A stretch of DNA of 64,000 nt from a virus, in the IMG/VR virus record IMGVR_UViG_3300032297_000368, positions 17,470-81,469 of that record. One strand, 5' to 3'. The number at the start of each line of letters is the position of its first letter. Position 1 is the first letter of the stretch. The notes beneath the pieces were generated by a model that worked only from the letters and a program-made list of their open reading frames with translations, ran no database searches and was not told the origin of the DNA. Shown here one piece after another: positions 55,290 to 64,000 of this stretch. A program made the position numbers and the translations under genes.

Positions 55290-55703
55290 TTAATGTATTG
55301 GTTCTTTCTTCTTTACTTCCATTAGCTGATCTATTTCATCATCAGTATAGTAATCATCTCCAGGTTCTTCATAACTTTCTTCTTCAAGTAAATCTTCCAT
55401 ATTAGCTGACTCTGTATATAATTCAATCTCAGAAATAGTGTTGTCGTAGTACTCCATAAATTCTGCTTTGGGTTGAATTACCGTCAGTATATCTTTCTGA
55501 GATACTGTTGCAACATTCTCTATCATTACCTCAACAGGTAGCCATGGCATCATAACCATCATAGTCTTACCTGTTTCTAATCTTCTAAAAACTAATCTCA
55601 TAGGTCCCTTTAAGGTAGCTTGATTAGTTTCTATATCATGCGTATATGAAGCTACTATGTCTTCACCACTTTGCATTCTAATTATTTTTATATTTTCTCT
55701 CAT
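55290..55703 (-). CDS. Sm-like-fold hypothetical protein
   Basis: IKIIRMQSGEDIVA...PWLP; conserved position between uvsW and gp55. Confidence 0.65.
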   Translation of the reverse strand: MRENIKIIRMQSGEDIVASYTHDIETNQATLKGPMRLVFRRLETGKTMMVMMPWLPVEVMIENVATVSQKDILTVIQPKAEFMEYYDNTISEIELYTESANMEDLLEEESYEEPGDDYYTDDEIDQLMEVKKKEPIH

Positions 55704-57163
55704 GGTTTTATGTCTATGTTGTAAAACTTGTAGTTGAACTTTTCATCATCGTATATTTTAACACGTTCTATGAAATGATTCAAGGTAAAATTAACATGTT
55801 TGCCTGTTCTGAAATCGTCTGATATATCGAATAGAACTGCTTCATCTTTGTCATCACCTAGTCTAAGACTACGACCTATTGACTGAAGATTGCGTACACG
55901 AGATTTGCTAGGAGAAGAAAAGATAATGTTGTGCAGATTCCTAATATTAATGCCAGTAGAACTAGTTCCATATGATGCCACAATAATTGCATCTTTTTCG
56001 GTTTCTGTGATGGCTCTGATTTGTTCTCTGAGTTCGATGTCTGTTTTTCCATAGATGAGAAAGACCTTTCTGTCTGTGACTTTTTCCATCAACATTGCAT
56101 GAAGAACTTTACCATGTTTCTCAACAAACTGGAACAGAATCATAGTATTACCTTTGAGTGATAAAGCAAGATTACGAATAAATTCATTTCTTGCTTTACT
56201 TAATACTATGTATTCCATTTCAGTGTTGTAGTCCCAATCTCTAGACTGTTTACAAATTTCTTCTGGATATTTTAATATTAAACATTTAATTTTAAAATCT
56301 GCAATTTGTTTTTTGTCCATCAACTCTTTAGTTGTTGTTGCTCTATATGCTGGACCAAAAAGGCCTTCTAATACTAGTTTATGTGTTTGAGTACCATCTA
56401 ATGTACCTGTACAACCAAATCTAAAACGAGCATTCAAACAACTAGTTAGAATAGTCATTAAAGATTTAGCTTTAAATTCATGTGCTTCATCACCCAAAAC
56501 AAAATCAAATTGTTCAAAGTATTCTGGTTCTCTTTTATAAATTGATTGCCATGTTGTGATAGTTAAAGGTAGATCAGTATCTTTTTCTCTACCTGAATAT
56601 TGACGATGAACATTCTCATCAACGTCCCAACCATAAGACTTAAAGTCAGAAAACATTTGTTCAACTAATGATGTTCTAGGTACAATCATCAATCCTTTTT
56701 TATGACCTGAATTAAAAAGGTAACGAATGACTAGATATTGTATGAGTGATTTACCTGATGCTGTAGGTGAAATTAATAATGTACGTTTAGTTCTTATTGC
56801 CTGAACAAAAGAATCTAATTGATAATCACGAGGCTCAAAAGGTAATTGTAAAGTTTTAATAAACTCATTAGCTTCATATACTGAAAAGTTTTCGGTTAAT
56901 TCTAAATCAGGATGAACATCTATTTTATAATTACGTTCTTCACAAAACTTTTTAATATATGCAAGTAGTCCATGATAGATTGTGAAAGACTGTAGATTAA
57001 ACAATCTTATCTTACCGTCCCACAATCTATTCTTATATTGAGGAGTGAATTGATAACCCGGAACTAAAAATGTAAAGTAATCAGAAAGTTCCTGTGCGGT
57101 ACTTCTTTCACAATCCACTTTAATGTAAACTTCATTCTTTTTAGTTAGTGTTATATCACTCAT
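55700..57163 (-). CDS. uvsW: RNA/DNA helicase UvsW
   Basis: SPTASGKS, GDEAH, TGT, QSIGRSLR; start set to MSDITL (TAATG coupling with uvsY). Confidence 0.96.
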   Translation of the reverse strand: MSDITLTKKNEVYIKVDCERSTAQELSDYFTFLVPGYQFTPQYKNRLWDGKIRLFNLQSFTIYHGLLAYIKKFCEERNYKIDVHPDLELTENFSVYEANEFIKTLQLPFEPRDYQLDSFVQAIRTKRTLLISPTASGKSLIQYLVIRYLFNSGHKKGLMIVPRTSLVEQMFSDFKSYGWDVDENVHRQYSGREKDTDLPLTITTWQSIYKREPEYFEQFDFVLGDEAHEFKAKSLMTILTSCLNARFRFGCTGTLDGTQTHKLVLEGLFGPAYRATTTKELMDKKQIADFKIKCLILKYPEEICKQSRDWDYNTEMEYIVLSKARNEFIRNLALSLKGNTMILFQFVEKHGKVLHAMLMEKVTDRKVFLIYGKTDIELREQIRAITETEKDAIIVASYGTSSTGINIRNLHNIIFSSPSKSRVRNLQSIGRSLRLGDDKDEAVLFDISDDFRTGKHVNFTLNHFIERVKIYDDEKFNYKFYNIDIKP

Positions 57164-57597
57164 TAGATGCCTTGTATAAATCTCTCCCAAGCAATGAAGT
57201 CTCTCAATTGAAATGTACGAGAGTTTAATTCTTTTAATATACTTTGGCAAACATCAACAATCTCATCATACATAATTTTATTAGCCATAAGTTTATTTAA
57301 GTCTTCATCACTTTCGAAGTATAAGTTAATATCAGATTTTAAAGTATATGGAAATACCTCCCAGCCACGAGCATCTAGTTCAGATTGATCTAGTTTGCCT
57401 GTGTAGTATTCCCATTTTACTTTTTTAAGTTTGTTAAATTTAAATTCTGCTTCTTTAGAAAGCAAACGATACCGAGAAAGTATGTTTAAATACTTACTGT
57501 GTAATTGTGGTATATTGATTAGTTCTTTACCAGGTTCTGTACGGTCAATAACAGAATCTTTTTTCCACGTGTCTAATAATTCTTCAAGTTTGTTCAT
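57163..57597 (-). CDS. uvsY: Recombination mediator UvsY
   Basis: WKKDSVID, PQLHSKY, WEYYTGK, IAWERF; synteny. Confidence 0.9.
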   Translation of the reverse strand: MNKLEELLDTWKKDSVIDRTEPGKELINIPQLHSKYLNILSRYRLLSKEAEFKFNKLKKVKWEYYTGKLDQSELDARGWEVFPYTLKSDINLYFESDEDLNKLMANKIMYDEIVDVCQSILKELNSRTFQLRDFIAWERFIQGI

Positions 57598-57629
57598 TAT
57601 AAATCCTCCTTTCTAGGAGTATATACTAT

Positions 57630-58163
57630 TTAAAATAGTTTTTCAACATCATAATAAGAAAATCTGAATGTTGCATCAGCTGTTACTGTATTATCTGCCG
57701 ATTCAGTTGTTGATACTACAAATGTGGACAAAGAAGTCGGAAATAATTCATGAAACTTAAATCGATATAATGGGTTATTATGTGATGATAACAACGTCAA
57801 AGATGCATCAGAATATTGTGGTGGTAAATTTAATGATCTATTTTGATTTAGATTACGAAGATTCACATACTCGGCAAACTCTTTAGGGAAAGTCATCGCA
57901 CGAATCCAATCGTGTATCTCTAGCCATCCTAATAACTCTTCATCAACATAAAAAGTTACACTCATCAAATCATATATTGCTTTTTCACCTGGAACATACA
58001 AGTCAACGAACGGAGTATTTCTAGGAACCTCAGACATAGAAATACCAGGAACACTTACACCTTGACAAAAGAATTGTAGGTTTGGTGCCCGTTCAAAGCT
58101 CAATATGAACTTATTAGGTTGAAAAAAGTTTTGGTTTATTGGGTTTCTGTTAAGTGCTGTCAT
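57630..58163 (-). CDS. gp3: Tail tube terminator / tail completion protein (gp3-like)
   Basis: NFFQPNKF...FFCQ...PGI, FYVDE, FPTSLS; tail-tube fold gene following gp23. Confidence 0.8.
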   Translation of the reverse strand: MTALNRNPINQNFFQPNKFILSFERAPNLQFFCQGVSVPGISMSEVPRNTPFVDLYVPGEKAIYDLMSVTFYVDEELLGWLEIHDWIRAMTFPKEFAEYVNLRNLNQNRSLNLPPQYSDASLTLLSSHNNPLYRFKFHELFPTSLSTFVVSTTESADNTVTADATFRFSYYDVEKLF

Positions 58164-58179
58164 ACGTATATTTATCCGT

Positions 58180-58207
58180 AAAAAAAAGAGACCCCGAAGG
58201 GTCTCTT
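58180..58207 (-). terminator. Rho-independent terminator after gp23
   Basis: AAGAGACCC-TTCG-GGGTCTCTT followed by a T run (cUUCGg tetraloop). Confidence 0.92.
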
Positions 58208-58243
58208 AAAACACAATATAATTATTATTATGTTTGTGTAAGA

Positions 58244-59578
58244 TTACATTAAGTTAGCAATCTTGAATGCACGGTAGTACAGGTTGGTCTTGGCGTTAAT
58301 AGCGCCCATACCTTGTGTAGCACCTTCAGCAAATGGGTTAGCAACTAGACCATAACGTGTCTTGAAGCCGATCTTTGGTTGGAAGTTGTTTGTGTCAACT
58401 GCACGAACCATTTGCAGAGGAACGTATGGGCAGTAGAAAATACCTGCGTCATAAGCGTTCGAACCTTTGTAACCCATAACAGCGAATTCAGCTGTTGAGT
58501 TAGCAGCAAAATATGGATCGATATACACTTTGATACGACCAAACAGAGTACCAGCAAAAGTGTTACCTGTGTCATCAACGGTTAAGTTGATGTTTGAGCT
58601 GAGTGCTGATTGATAGTCAAGAATACCAGCCATTGCCAAAGCAGATGCTACGTCTGAAGAACAGATCATAACATTACCTTTGCCACGACGGGTTGTCTTA
58701 GCGATGGTGTTAGCTTCACGCTCTAATTGGAATGCCAAACCTTTGATCTTTTCAACCATCCAACGACCGTTAGAATCTGTATCTAAGTCAAATGTACCAG
58801 CAGTAGTTGTACCTACTTGAGCACCAACTTTAGCGGTTGTATAGATTGTACGGATAACTTCACGGTTGATCTCAGCAAGAATTTCTGTTGAGAGGATGTT
58901 GCTTAATTCGGTTTCTGCGTCTAGACCATGAACTGCTTTCAAGTCTTGTGCAAGTTCCATTGAGTATTCTGCCTTCAAAGCACGTGTCTTTGCAGTTACA
59001 GAAACTTTCTCAATTGAGAATGCCATTTCTTGGAATGTCAAATCTTCAGCAACCGAAGTAGCCATAGCTTGACCAGTTGCAACTGTCGAAGCAAATACGT
59101 TTTGTGAACCGAATGCTGTGTTAGCAGCAAGTGAAACTGCGGTATGGGACAATTTGTCGCCAGACCATGCTGTGTTAGCCTCATTGTAGAATGCTTCAGA
59201 AGCACCAGCAGCAACGTTTTGTGATGCATAGGTTGAACGCATTGCGAAGATCAAACCTGTAGGACCAGTCATTGGTTGAACACCGCAGATGTCATAAGCG
59301 ATCAGGTTTGGTAATGAACGGCGAACTAAAGAAATCAGGATTGGATCAAAACCAGCAACAGGACCTACGGCAGCAGAACCACCGGAGAAACCTGTACCAC
59401 CCAATGAATTGGTTGGTGCTGTCTCTTGAAGCATTTGACCTGATTTTTGCATCTCTTGAGCTTGGTTCTCAAGAATAACTGCTGTAACTGCCTTACGATA
59501 TGGATCTTTAATCGCTGGCAAATCTGGGTGGTCGAGTACGCCTTCCCATTTCTTTTGTAAATTTTCAGAAAGATACAT
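58244..59578 (-). CDS. gp23: Major capsid protein (gp23)
   Basis: LISLVRR, GVQPMTGPTGLIFAMR, RALKAEYS, ELAQDLKAVHGLDAE, YCPYVPL, PKIGFKTRYG. Confidence 0.99.
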   Translation of the reverse strand: MYLSENLQKKWEGVLDHPDLPAIKDPYRKAVTAVILENQAQEMQKSGQMLQETAPTNSLGGTGFSGGSAAVGPVAGFDPILISLVRRSLPNLIAYDICGVQPMTGPTGLIFAMRSTYASQNVAAGASEAFYNEANTAWSGDKLSHTAVSLAANTAFGSQNVFASTVATGQAMATSVAEDLTFQEMAFSIEKVSVTAKTRALKAEYSMELAQDLKAVHGLDAETELSNILSTEILAEINREVIRTIYTTAKVGAQVGTTTAGTFDLDTDSNGRWMVEKIKGLAFQLEREANTIAKTTRRGKGNVMICSSDVASALAMAGILDYQSALSSNINLTVDDTGNTFAGTLFGRIKVYIDPYFAANSTAEFAVMGYKGSNAYDAGIFYCPYVPLQMVRAVDTNNFQPKIGFKTRYGLVANPFAEGATQGMGAINAKTNLYYRAFKIANLM

Positions 59579-59599
59579 CTTTAAATCTCCTTAGTTTTA

Positions 59600-60640
59600 T
59601 TAAATTTTTGTTTTCGAAATTGCTTGCATTACTGAAGCGACATATGGATCAGCAGTTGCTGTTTTCTTTTCGCCTGCTTCAGCATCTTCTACCTGTTCGT
59701 GTAATTGCTTCTCATTGGCTTTTACAATGCCAGATGGGAAATAGTTTTCACGGATTGTTTCAAGTTTCTCAGTGAATTCTTCCTCTGTGGAAAATTCTAC
59801 ACTCTCTGCGAGTGATTTGATTTTTTCAACTTGAGTTGCCGTTAAACCTTCACAAACGGTACGAACGATATCTGTCTTTGTAGATTCTACAAGAGCTTTC
59901 TTGTATTCGATACCACGCTCAATCTCTTCATTGAGTTTAGTTTCTAAATCTTCTACTTTACCAGAAAGTTCATCAACTAGGTCAACCTTGTCTTCTGGAA
60001 CATCGATGTAATGTTCAGCAAACAGATTGCGTAAACCTGCGATAAACTCTTCAGTTAACTCTGAACGTAAACCAGATTCGATAGCGATTTGATTCTCTTC
60101 AACCCACTGTTCAACAACGTAGTTGAGGTAGTCATCAACCTTCTCGGTTAATTCTGATTTAACAGCTTCAACAGCTTCTTCTAACATAGAAGAGTATTGT
60201 GCTTCAATTTGTTCTTCAATTTGAGCAACACGGTCAGTAACACGTGCTTCAAAAATTGTAGCTACTTTAGATTTGAACTCTTCAGAAATGGTAGAATCAT
60301 CGGCAAATAAAGCATCAACATCTTCCTTCATTTGCTGTTTCATTTCTTTCTTAGCTTCCAAAACGACTTCTTCATCTTCAACTTCTACGTCTTCTTTTTT
60401 CATCTTCAACTGAGTATCAGGAGAAGCATCAGAAGGCTTAGTTGTTGGAGCTGTAGCACTCTTAGCTGCTTTGGTTGTATCCAATTTAGCAGAATCATCG
60501 TCTGGTTTGTAATTCTGAGGGGTAGGACCACCAACATCTACTTCAGTAGATGGTAGTTTTTGAGGAGGCATTGCGGATGCTTTTGACTTGCTACCAGACA
60601 AAATATCAGCTGCTGCTTCCATAAGTTTATTTGTTGCCAT
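59600..60640 (-). CDS. gp22: Prohead core scaffolding protein (gp22)
   Basis: FKSKVATIFEA, KVDDYLNYVVEQW, LFAEHYIDVP; synteny. Confidence 0.93.
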   Translation of the reverse strand: MATNKLMEAAADILSGSKSKASAMPPQKLPSTEVDVGGPTPQNYKPDDDSAKLDTTKAAKSATAPTTKPSDASPDTQLKMKKEDVEVEDEEVVLEAKKEMKQQMKEDVDALFADDSTISEEFKSKVATIFEARVTDRVAQIEEQIEAQYSSMLEEAVEAVKSELTEKVDDYLNYVVEQWVEENQIAIESGLRSELTEEFIAGLRNLFAEHYIDVPEDKVDLVDELSGKVEDLETKLNEEIERGIEYKKALVESTKTDIVRTVCEGLTATQVEKIKSLAESVEFSTEEEFTEKLETIRENYFPSGIVKANEKQLHEQVEDAEAGEKKTATADPYVASVMQAISKTKI

Positions 60641-60665
60641 TAGGAATCTCCTTTTTTTATTTCTT

Positions 60666-60673
60666 TATTTATA
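60666..60673 (-). promoter_or_regulatory. T4-type late promoter TATAAATA
   Basis: Exact consensus upstream of gp22. Confidence 0.8.
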
Positions 60674-60676
60674 AAA

Positions 60677-61327
60677 TTACAGTTTTCTTAAAAAATTCTC
60701 GAATAAATGAAGAGCGACTTCTTCTATTTGTTTAGAAGAGGCAGTTCTTATTTGTCTCTTTGCATTGTCGATGTCGCACTCTACATAACGACCTTCAACA
60801 AATAACCATTCTTTATTTTCCATGATACCTTGTACAAAAGCACCAGGTGCCGAAGGATCAGCAACGATATCTGCGGCTGTCGCTAAACGAAAGTCGTCCT
60901 GAACGATATTGTATCCCTCTTTAGCTTGAACCAAAGAACCCATACCACGAGAAGAAACTCCAAGGTTAACTCCCGAATCAATAAAGTTTTTAACGATTTG
61001 ACCGTATGGTGTATCTAAGATTAATGCCTTACCGACAAATGTGTTACCATCTTCTTTTAAGGAAACAATCTTATGTGAAACTCTTTCGAGGTTGATAGAA
61101 GGTGTATCTGGATGACCAAGTTCACCTAAAGCTCTATTAGTTTCAACGTACTCTTTCATATAACGAGACACTTCATTACGAAGTGTTTCCATCTTATAGT
61201 AACGTCTATTTCTATTAGGTTCATCGCCTACTAGAAAACGACCTTCAATATAAAGATTCTTCTTACCTGATTCGGTTGTCTCGGTGAGATAGTTTACATT
61301 CTCGACAACTTCTTTTATTAATTTCAT
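60677..61327 (-). CDS. gp21: Prohead protease (gp21)
   Basis: NRNRR, ALGELGHP, GVSSRGMGS, DIVADPSAP. Confidence 0.97.
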   Translation of the reverse strand: MKLIKEVVENVNYLTETTESGKKNLYIEGRFLVGDEPNRNRRYYKMETLRNEVSRYMKEYVETNRALGELGHPDTPSINLERVSHKIVSLKEDGNTFVGKALILDTPYGQIVKNFIDSGVNLGVSSRGMGSLVQAKEGYNIVQDDFRLATAADIVADPSAPGAFVQGIMENKEWLFVEGRYVECDIDNAKRQIRTASSKQIEEVALHLFENFLRKL

Positions 61328-61336
61328 TTTAATTCC

Positions 61337-61714
61337 TTAAAATTCTAAAGGACTAGGATAATCAGCTGTCTTAGACACCTGAAGTATCAGAGTGCCTGCT
61401 GTACCTGAATTTGTTACGTAAATGTTTGCAGTAGATGTATTTGAGATTGCAATATCACCTTGTGTTAACGGTAAAAAATTATTACCAACCAATTGCAATA
61501 CTATTACTCCAGTATCATCATTACCTCTATAAACAGTCCAAACACCATCAGTTGTTGAAATTGCAGTTGTAATACTTGCTGACGTAACTATTTCTGCAAC
61601 TGGACTAGCTGTTGGCTCTGTTGAAAGTGCTGTTAGATTAATACGTGTAGCTGTATTACCTGTTACAGTAATAACAGACTTTGAACGTCTTGCATTTACA
61701 ATGTTGTATGCCAT
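61337..61714 (-). CDS. Hypothetical virion-associated protein
   Basis: In the head operon; beta-rich, Thr-rich. Confidence 0.6.
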   Translation of the reverse strand: MAYNIVNARRSKSVITVTGNTATRINLTALSTEPTASPVAEIVTSASITTAISTTDGVWTVYRGNDDTGVIVLQLVGNNFLPLTQGDIAISNTSTANIYVTNSGTAGTLILQVSKTADYPSPLEF

Positions 61715-61715
61715 G

Positions 61716-62156
61716 TTATCTTATTCCCATTGATTTTCGGCGGCGCATTGACATCTTTCTTTTTAGTAAAGTTCTTGTCAACTTAGCACGACCTTTTGTT
61801 TTCCAGTATCTTTTAAGTGCTCTTTGCTTATGAATTCTTTGAGTAGCAGATATACGTTTAACTGAGCTACCTGATATTCTATAACCTTTAACTGCTGATC
61901 TACGCACATTACGTTGAACAACAATTTTTCCTTTCGAATTGCGGCGAATTCTTCTACGAATCTTTTGAATTCTACCTACTTTAACAACGTTTCTACTTGG
62001 AGCTTCATCTAATAATTCTACTTCTTCATAAACACTAGAACCGACTACTTGTTTTAATTCTTGTAGTTTATCTGAGGCAATCTCATTCAATCTATCAAAT
62101 ATAGATTGTTTTGCTTCAACTAACTTATTCTTAATTATGTGATCTACAAAATTCAT
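61716..62156 (-). CDS. Prohead core protein (gp68-like)
   Basis: Acidic N-half and extremely Arg/Lys-rich C-half; position before gp21. Confidence 0.7.
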   Translation of the reverse strand: MNFVDHIIKNKLVEAKQSIFDRLNEIASDKLQELKQVVGSSVYEEVELLDEAPSRNVVKVGRIQKIRRRIRRNSKGKIVVQRNVRRSAVKGYRISGSSVKRISATQRIHKQRALKRYWKTKGRAKLTRTLLKRKMSMRRRKSMGIR

Positions 62157-62946
62157 ATATCTTGTCGAAACTATCTTGTGATTCGGTTAAATTAAGAATA
62201 AACTGTCTTTGATTTTCTTCAGTTAAACTATAAAATACTTCTAATATCTGTTCACATACATTAGATTCCAAACGAATAGAAGTACCGTCATTTAACTGGT
62301 GTTCTATTTGTTCATTCAATTCAGTGGCATATTCCATTTTCTGAATGAACGATTCTGGATTAAGTACAGCATTTACATTAGTACCAAAAGGTACTGAGAA
62401 ATATTTTTTAATTCTATCGTTAAAATATAAAGCAACTTTCGTATTGTCTGGATAAAGACGTATTGCTTTTCTTCTCAAGACTAATACGAAAGGTGGTTCT
62501 TGATCGAACATACCACCTGGTATACCACCCATCCCCGTGAGTTCGTTTATAATTTCTTCTTCTGTAATCGCACGTGTAGGATCTTTTCTGACTTCATCAG
62601 GATCATACAATTTAATTCTACTCTTTCTTACTTTTCTACCTGAAGGTGATAGTTTAAAATCTGTGGTACTAATGCCGGCATAATCTTCTTTGACAGCTCT
62701 ACGAGCCTGCATATTAATACTCTTATTATTAGAAAGTAAATCTACCATCTTAGTAAAAATGTTTTGTATAATAGCACGGTCAGCTTGTGTAAAATTAGGT
62801 TTATCTTGACCCATCTTATCCAAGATTTGGTGTATTCTACTCAACTGTGCTTTGTTTGCCAAACCGGCACGAACTAAAGCATCAAACTTAGAATAGTCTG
62901 ACTTTTCTTCTTCAACGATAGATTTAAATTCGTTTAAATATTTCAT
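62131..62946 (-). CDS. Hypothetical head-region protein
   Basis: MKYLNEFKSIVEE N-terminus; PPFVLVLRRKAIR motif. Confidence 0.6.
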   Translation of the reverse strand: MKYLNEFKSIVEEEKSDYSKFDALVRAGLANKAQLSRIHQILDKMGQDKPNFTQADRAIIQNIFTKMVDLLSNNKSINMQARRAVKEDYAGISTTDFKLSPSGRKVRKSRIKLYDPDEVRKDPTRAITEEEIINELTGMGGIPGGMFDQEPPFVLVLRRKAIRLYPDNTKVALYFNDRIKKYFSVPFGTNVNAVLNPESFIQKMEYATELNEQIEHQLNDGTSIRLESNVCEQILEVFYSLTEENQRQFILNLTESQDSFDKIYEFCRSHN

Positions 62947-63140
62947 TCGGTAGTTTCAGTTTCTTCTGGCTCTACTTCTGTTTCTTGTTCTGGTTCTTCT
63001 GAACGATATAACGATTGTGCTATATCTTTCTTAATAAAATCTAGAGCTTCAAAAGACTTATTAGATAAAGATTGTGTAATAGCTTCTTTTGCTGCAGCAG
63101 CATTGCCTTGGGCAATTAAGTCAATAATATTATTTTCCAT
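62943..63140 (-). CDS. Prohead core protein (gp67-like)
   Basis: Small protein with an acidic tail, immediately after the portal gene. Confidence 0.7.
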   Translation of the reverse strand: MENNIIDLIAQGNAAAAKEAITQSLSNKSFEALDFIKKDIAQSLYRSEEPEQETEVEPEETETTE

Positions 63141-63148
63141 GATATCTC

Positions 63149-64000
63149 CTACTTGGTTGTTTTATTTAGTTTAGAGGAATACTTCTCTACCTCAGAATCT
63201 AACATAGGTGTCATACTCTCAGATGCACCTTCTTCTTGTGTGTTATCTTCGGGAGGATAAGCATCAGGATCAACTTGTTCTTCTTGACCTGGAACTCCTA
63301 ATACTGGTCCTATTCCTTGTTCTTCTTCTGCGTCAATTTGTTTTTGCATGTTCTTAATATCTTCATCAGACATATGTAGAACATGCTTCTTAATCCATTC
63401 TTGTGAATAATATTTACCAATAAACGGATCTGTCATCGTTAATAAATTAATACGTTCACGCAATAATTCTGCATCACGCAATTCAACAAAGTTATTATCT
63501 TTCTTAAAGTCGTAATAGATGGCTTCTCTAAACTCTTCCCATTCAGCTTGTGTGCAGATACCTTTTAATACTAATTGTACTTTAAGTGCATGGTCGAATA
63601 TCTGAGCAAACTTATTACGAAGTCTTTGAATAAACTTTGTAAACTTAACTTCATCTCTAGTAACTTCAGTAGAACGACCTATACCAATCATACCGCCAGA
63701 TTGTTGTGGCTCTAATCGTGAAAGAGGAACATTCAATGAATTTAATAATTTGGATCTAAAATACTTAACATCTTCTAATTCGCCAAGATTTTGACCAGCT
63801 GGTAGAGTTGTAATCTCTGTACCTTTACCACCTTCACGGCGAGGCAACCAGAAATCTTCTAACATTGACATGTGCTTACGGTCATCTCTCAGTTCACCAG
63901 TCGATGCATCGTAAACCATTTTATTTCTATACTTCACCATAACGTCACGTAAATATTGTTCAGCTTTACCTTTTGGTAAATTACCTACGTCAATATAAAA
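63149..64000 (-). CDS. gp20: Portal protein (gp20), C-terminal part; start lies beyond the window
   Basis: FYIDVGNLPKGKAEQYL, EDFWLPRREGGKGTEITTLP, TRDEVKF. Confidence 0.98.
   Translation of the reverse strand, partial: FYIDVGNLPKGKAEQYLRDVMVKYRNKMVYDASTGELRDDRKHMSMLEDFWLPRREGGKGTEITTLPAGQNLGELEDVKYFRSKLLNSLNVPLSRLEPQQSGGMIGIGRSTEVTRDEVKFTKFIQRLRNKFAQIFDHALKVQLVLKGICTQAEWEEFREAIYYDFKKDNNFVELRDAELLRERINLLTMTDPFIGKYYSQEWIKKHVLHMSDEDIKNMQKQIDAEEEQGIGPVLGVPGQEEQVDPDAYPPEDNTQEEGASESMTPMLDSEVEKYSSKLNKTTK

Noticed and set aside
1366-59578. Introns or inteins in nrdA, gp41, uvsX, gp43, gp46, uvsW or gp23
   Set aside because: All are uninterrupted and of normal length.
232-60556. The many plus-strand ORFs and nested alternative-frame ORFs in the track
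   Set aside because: They are shadows of well-supported minus-strand genes, with no recognisable motifs or RBS context.
1-64000. CRISPR array, rRNA, IS element or integrase
   Set aside because: No regularly spaced repeats, rRNA-like sequence or transposase/integrase motifs were seen.
1-64000. Stop-codon reassignment
   Set aside because: Core genes are intact under the standard code, and TAA, TAG and TGA all terminate genes at expected positions.

Overview
AT-rich 64-kb segment of a large T4-like myovirus with the gene order typical of cyanophage/pelagiphage-like T4s. The ErpA gene and the spanins point to a Gram-negative, probably proteobacterial, host. Essentially all real genes lie on the minus strand. 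In transcription order (high to low coordinates) the window contains: head genes (gp20 partial, 67, 68, 21, 22, 23); gp3, uvsY, uvsW, gp55, gp47/46; an early region driven by sigma70 promoters (vWA-peptidase, MoxR AAA+); the clamp/loader/regA block; hsp20, dCMP deaminase and a GH19 endolysin; gp43, uvsX, gp41; a late-promoter accessory block (putative homing nuclease, ligase-like protein, ErpA, HAD phosphatase, sugar-nucleotide cluster, putative internal head proteins, spanins, LamG/Gly-rich fibres, holin); and primase, thyX, nrdA, thioredoxin and nrdB (partial). Most notable finding: a 66-nt tRNA-Gly-like RNA gene (49178-49243) with no D-arm, an intact set of GlyRS acceptor identity elements and a GUGC T-loop. 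It lies directly behind one of two paralogous DUF4338/DruA-like genes, suggesting a dedicated non-ribosomal glycyl donor for a tRNA-dependent modification system, possibly Mom-like DNA modification. Second finding: several enzymes (P-loop kinase/nucleotidyltransferase, HAD phosphatase, KxDG ligase) carry a T4-type capsid-targeting N-terminus, suggesting a virion-delivered nucleic-acid repair kit. All product calls come from motif recognition by eye; no database searches were run.
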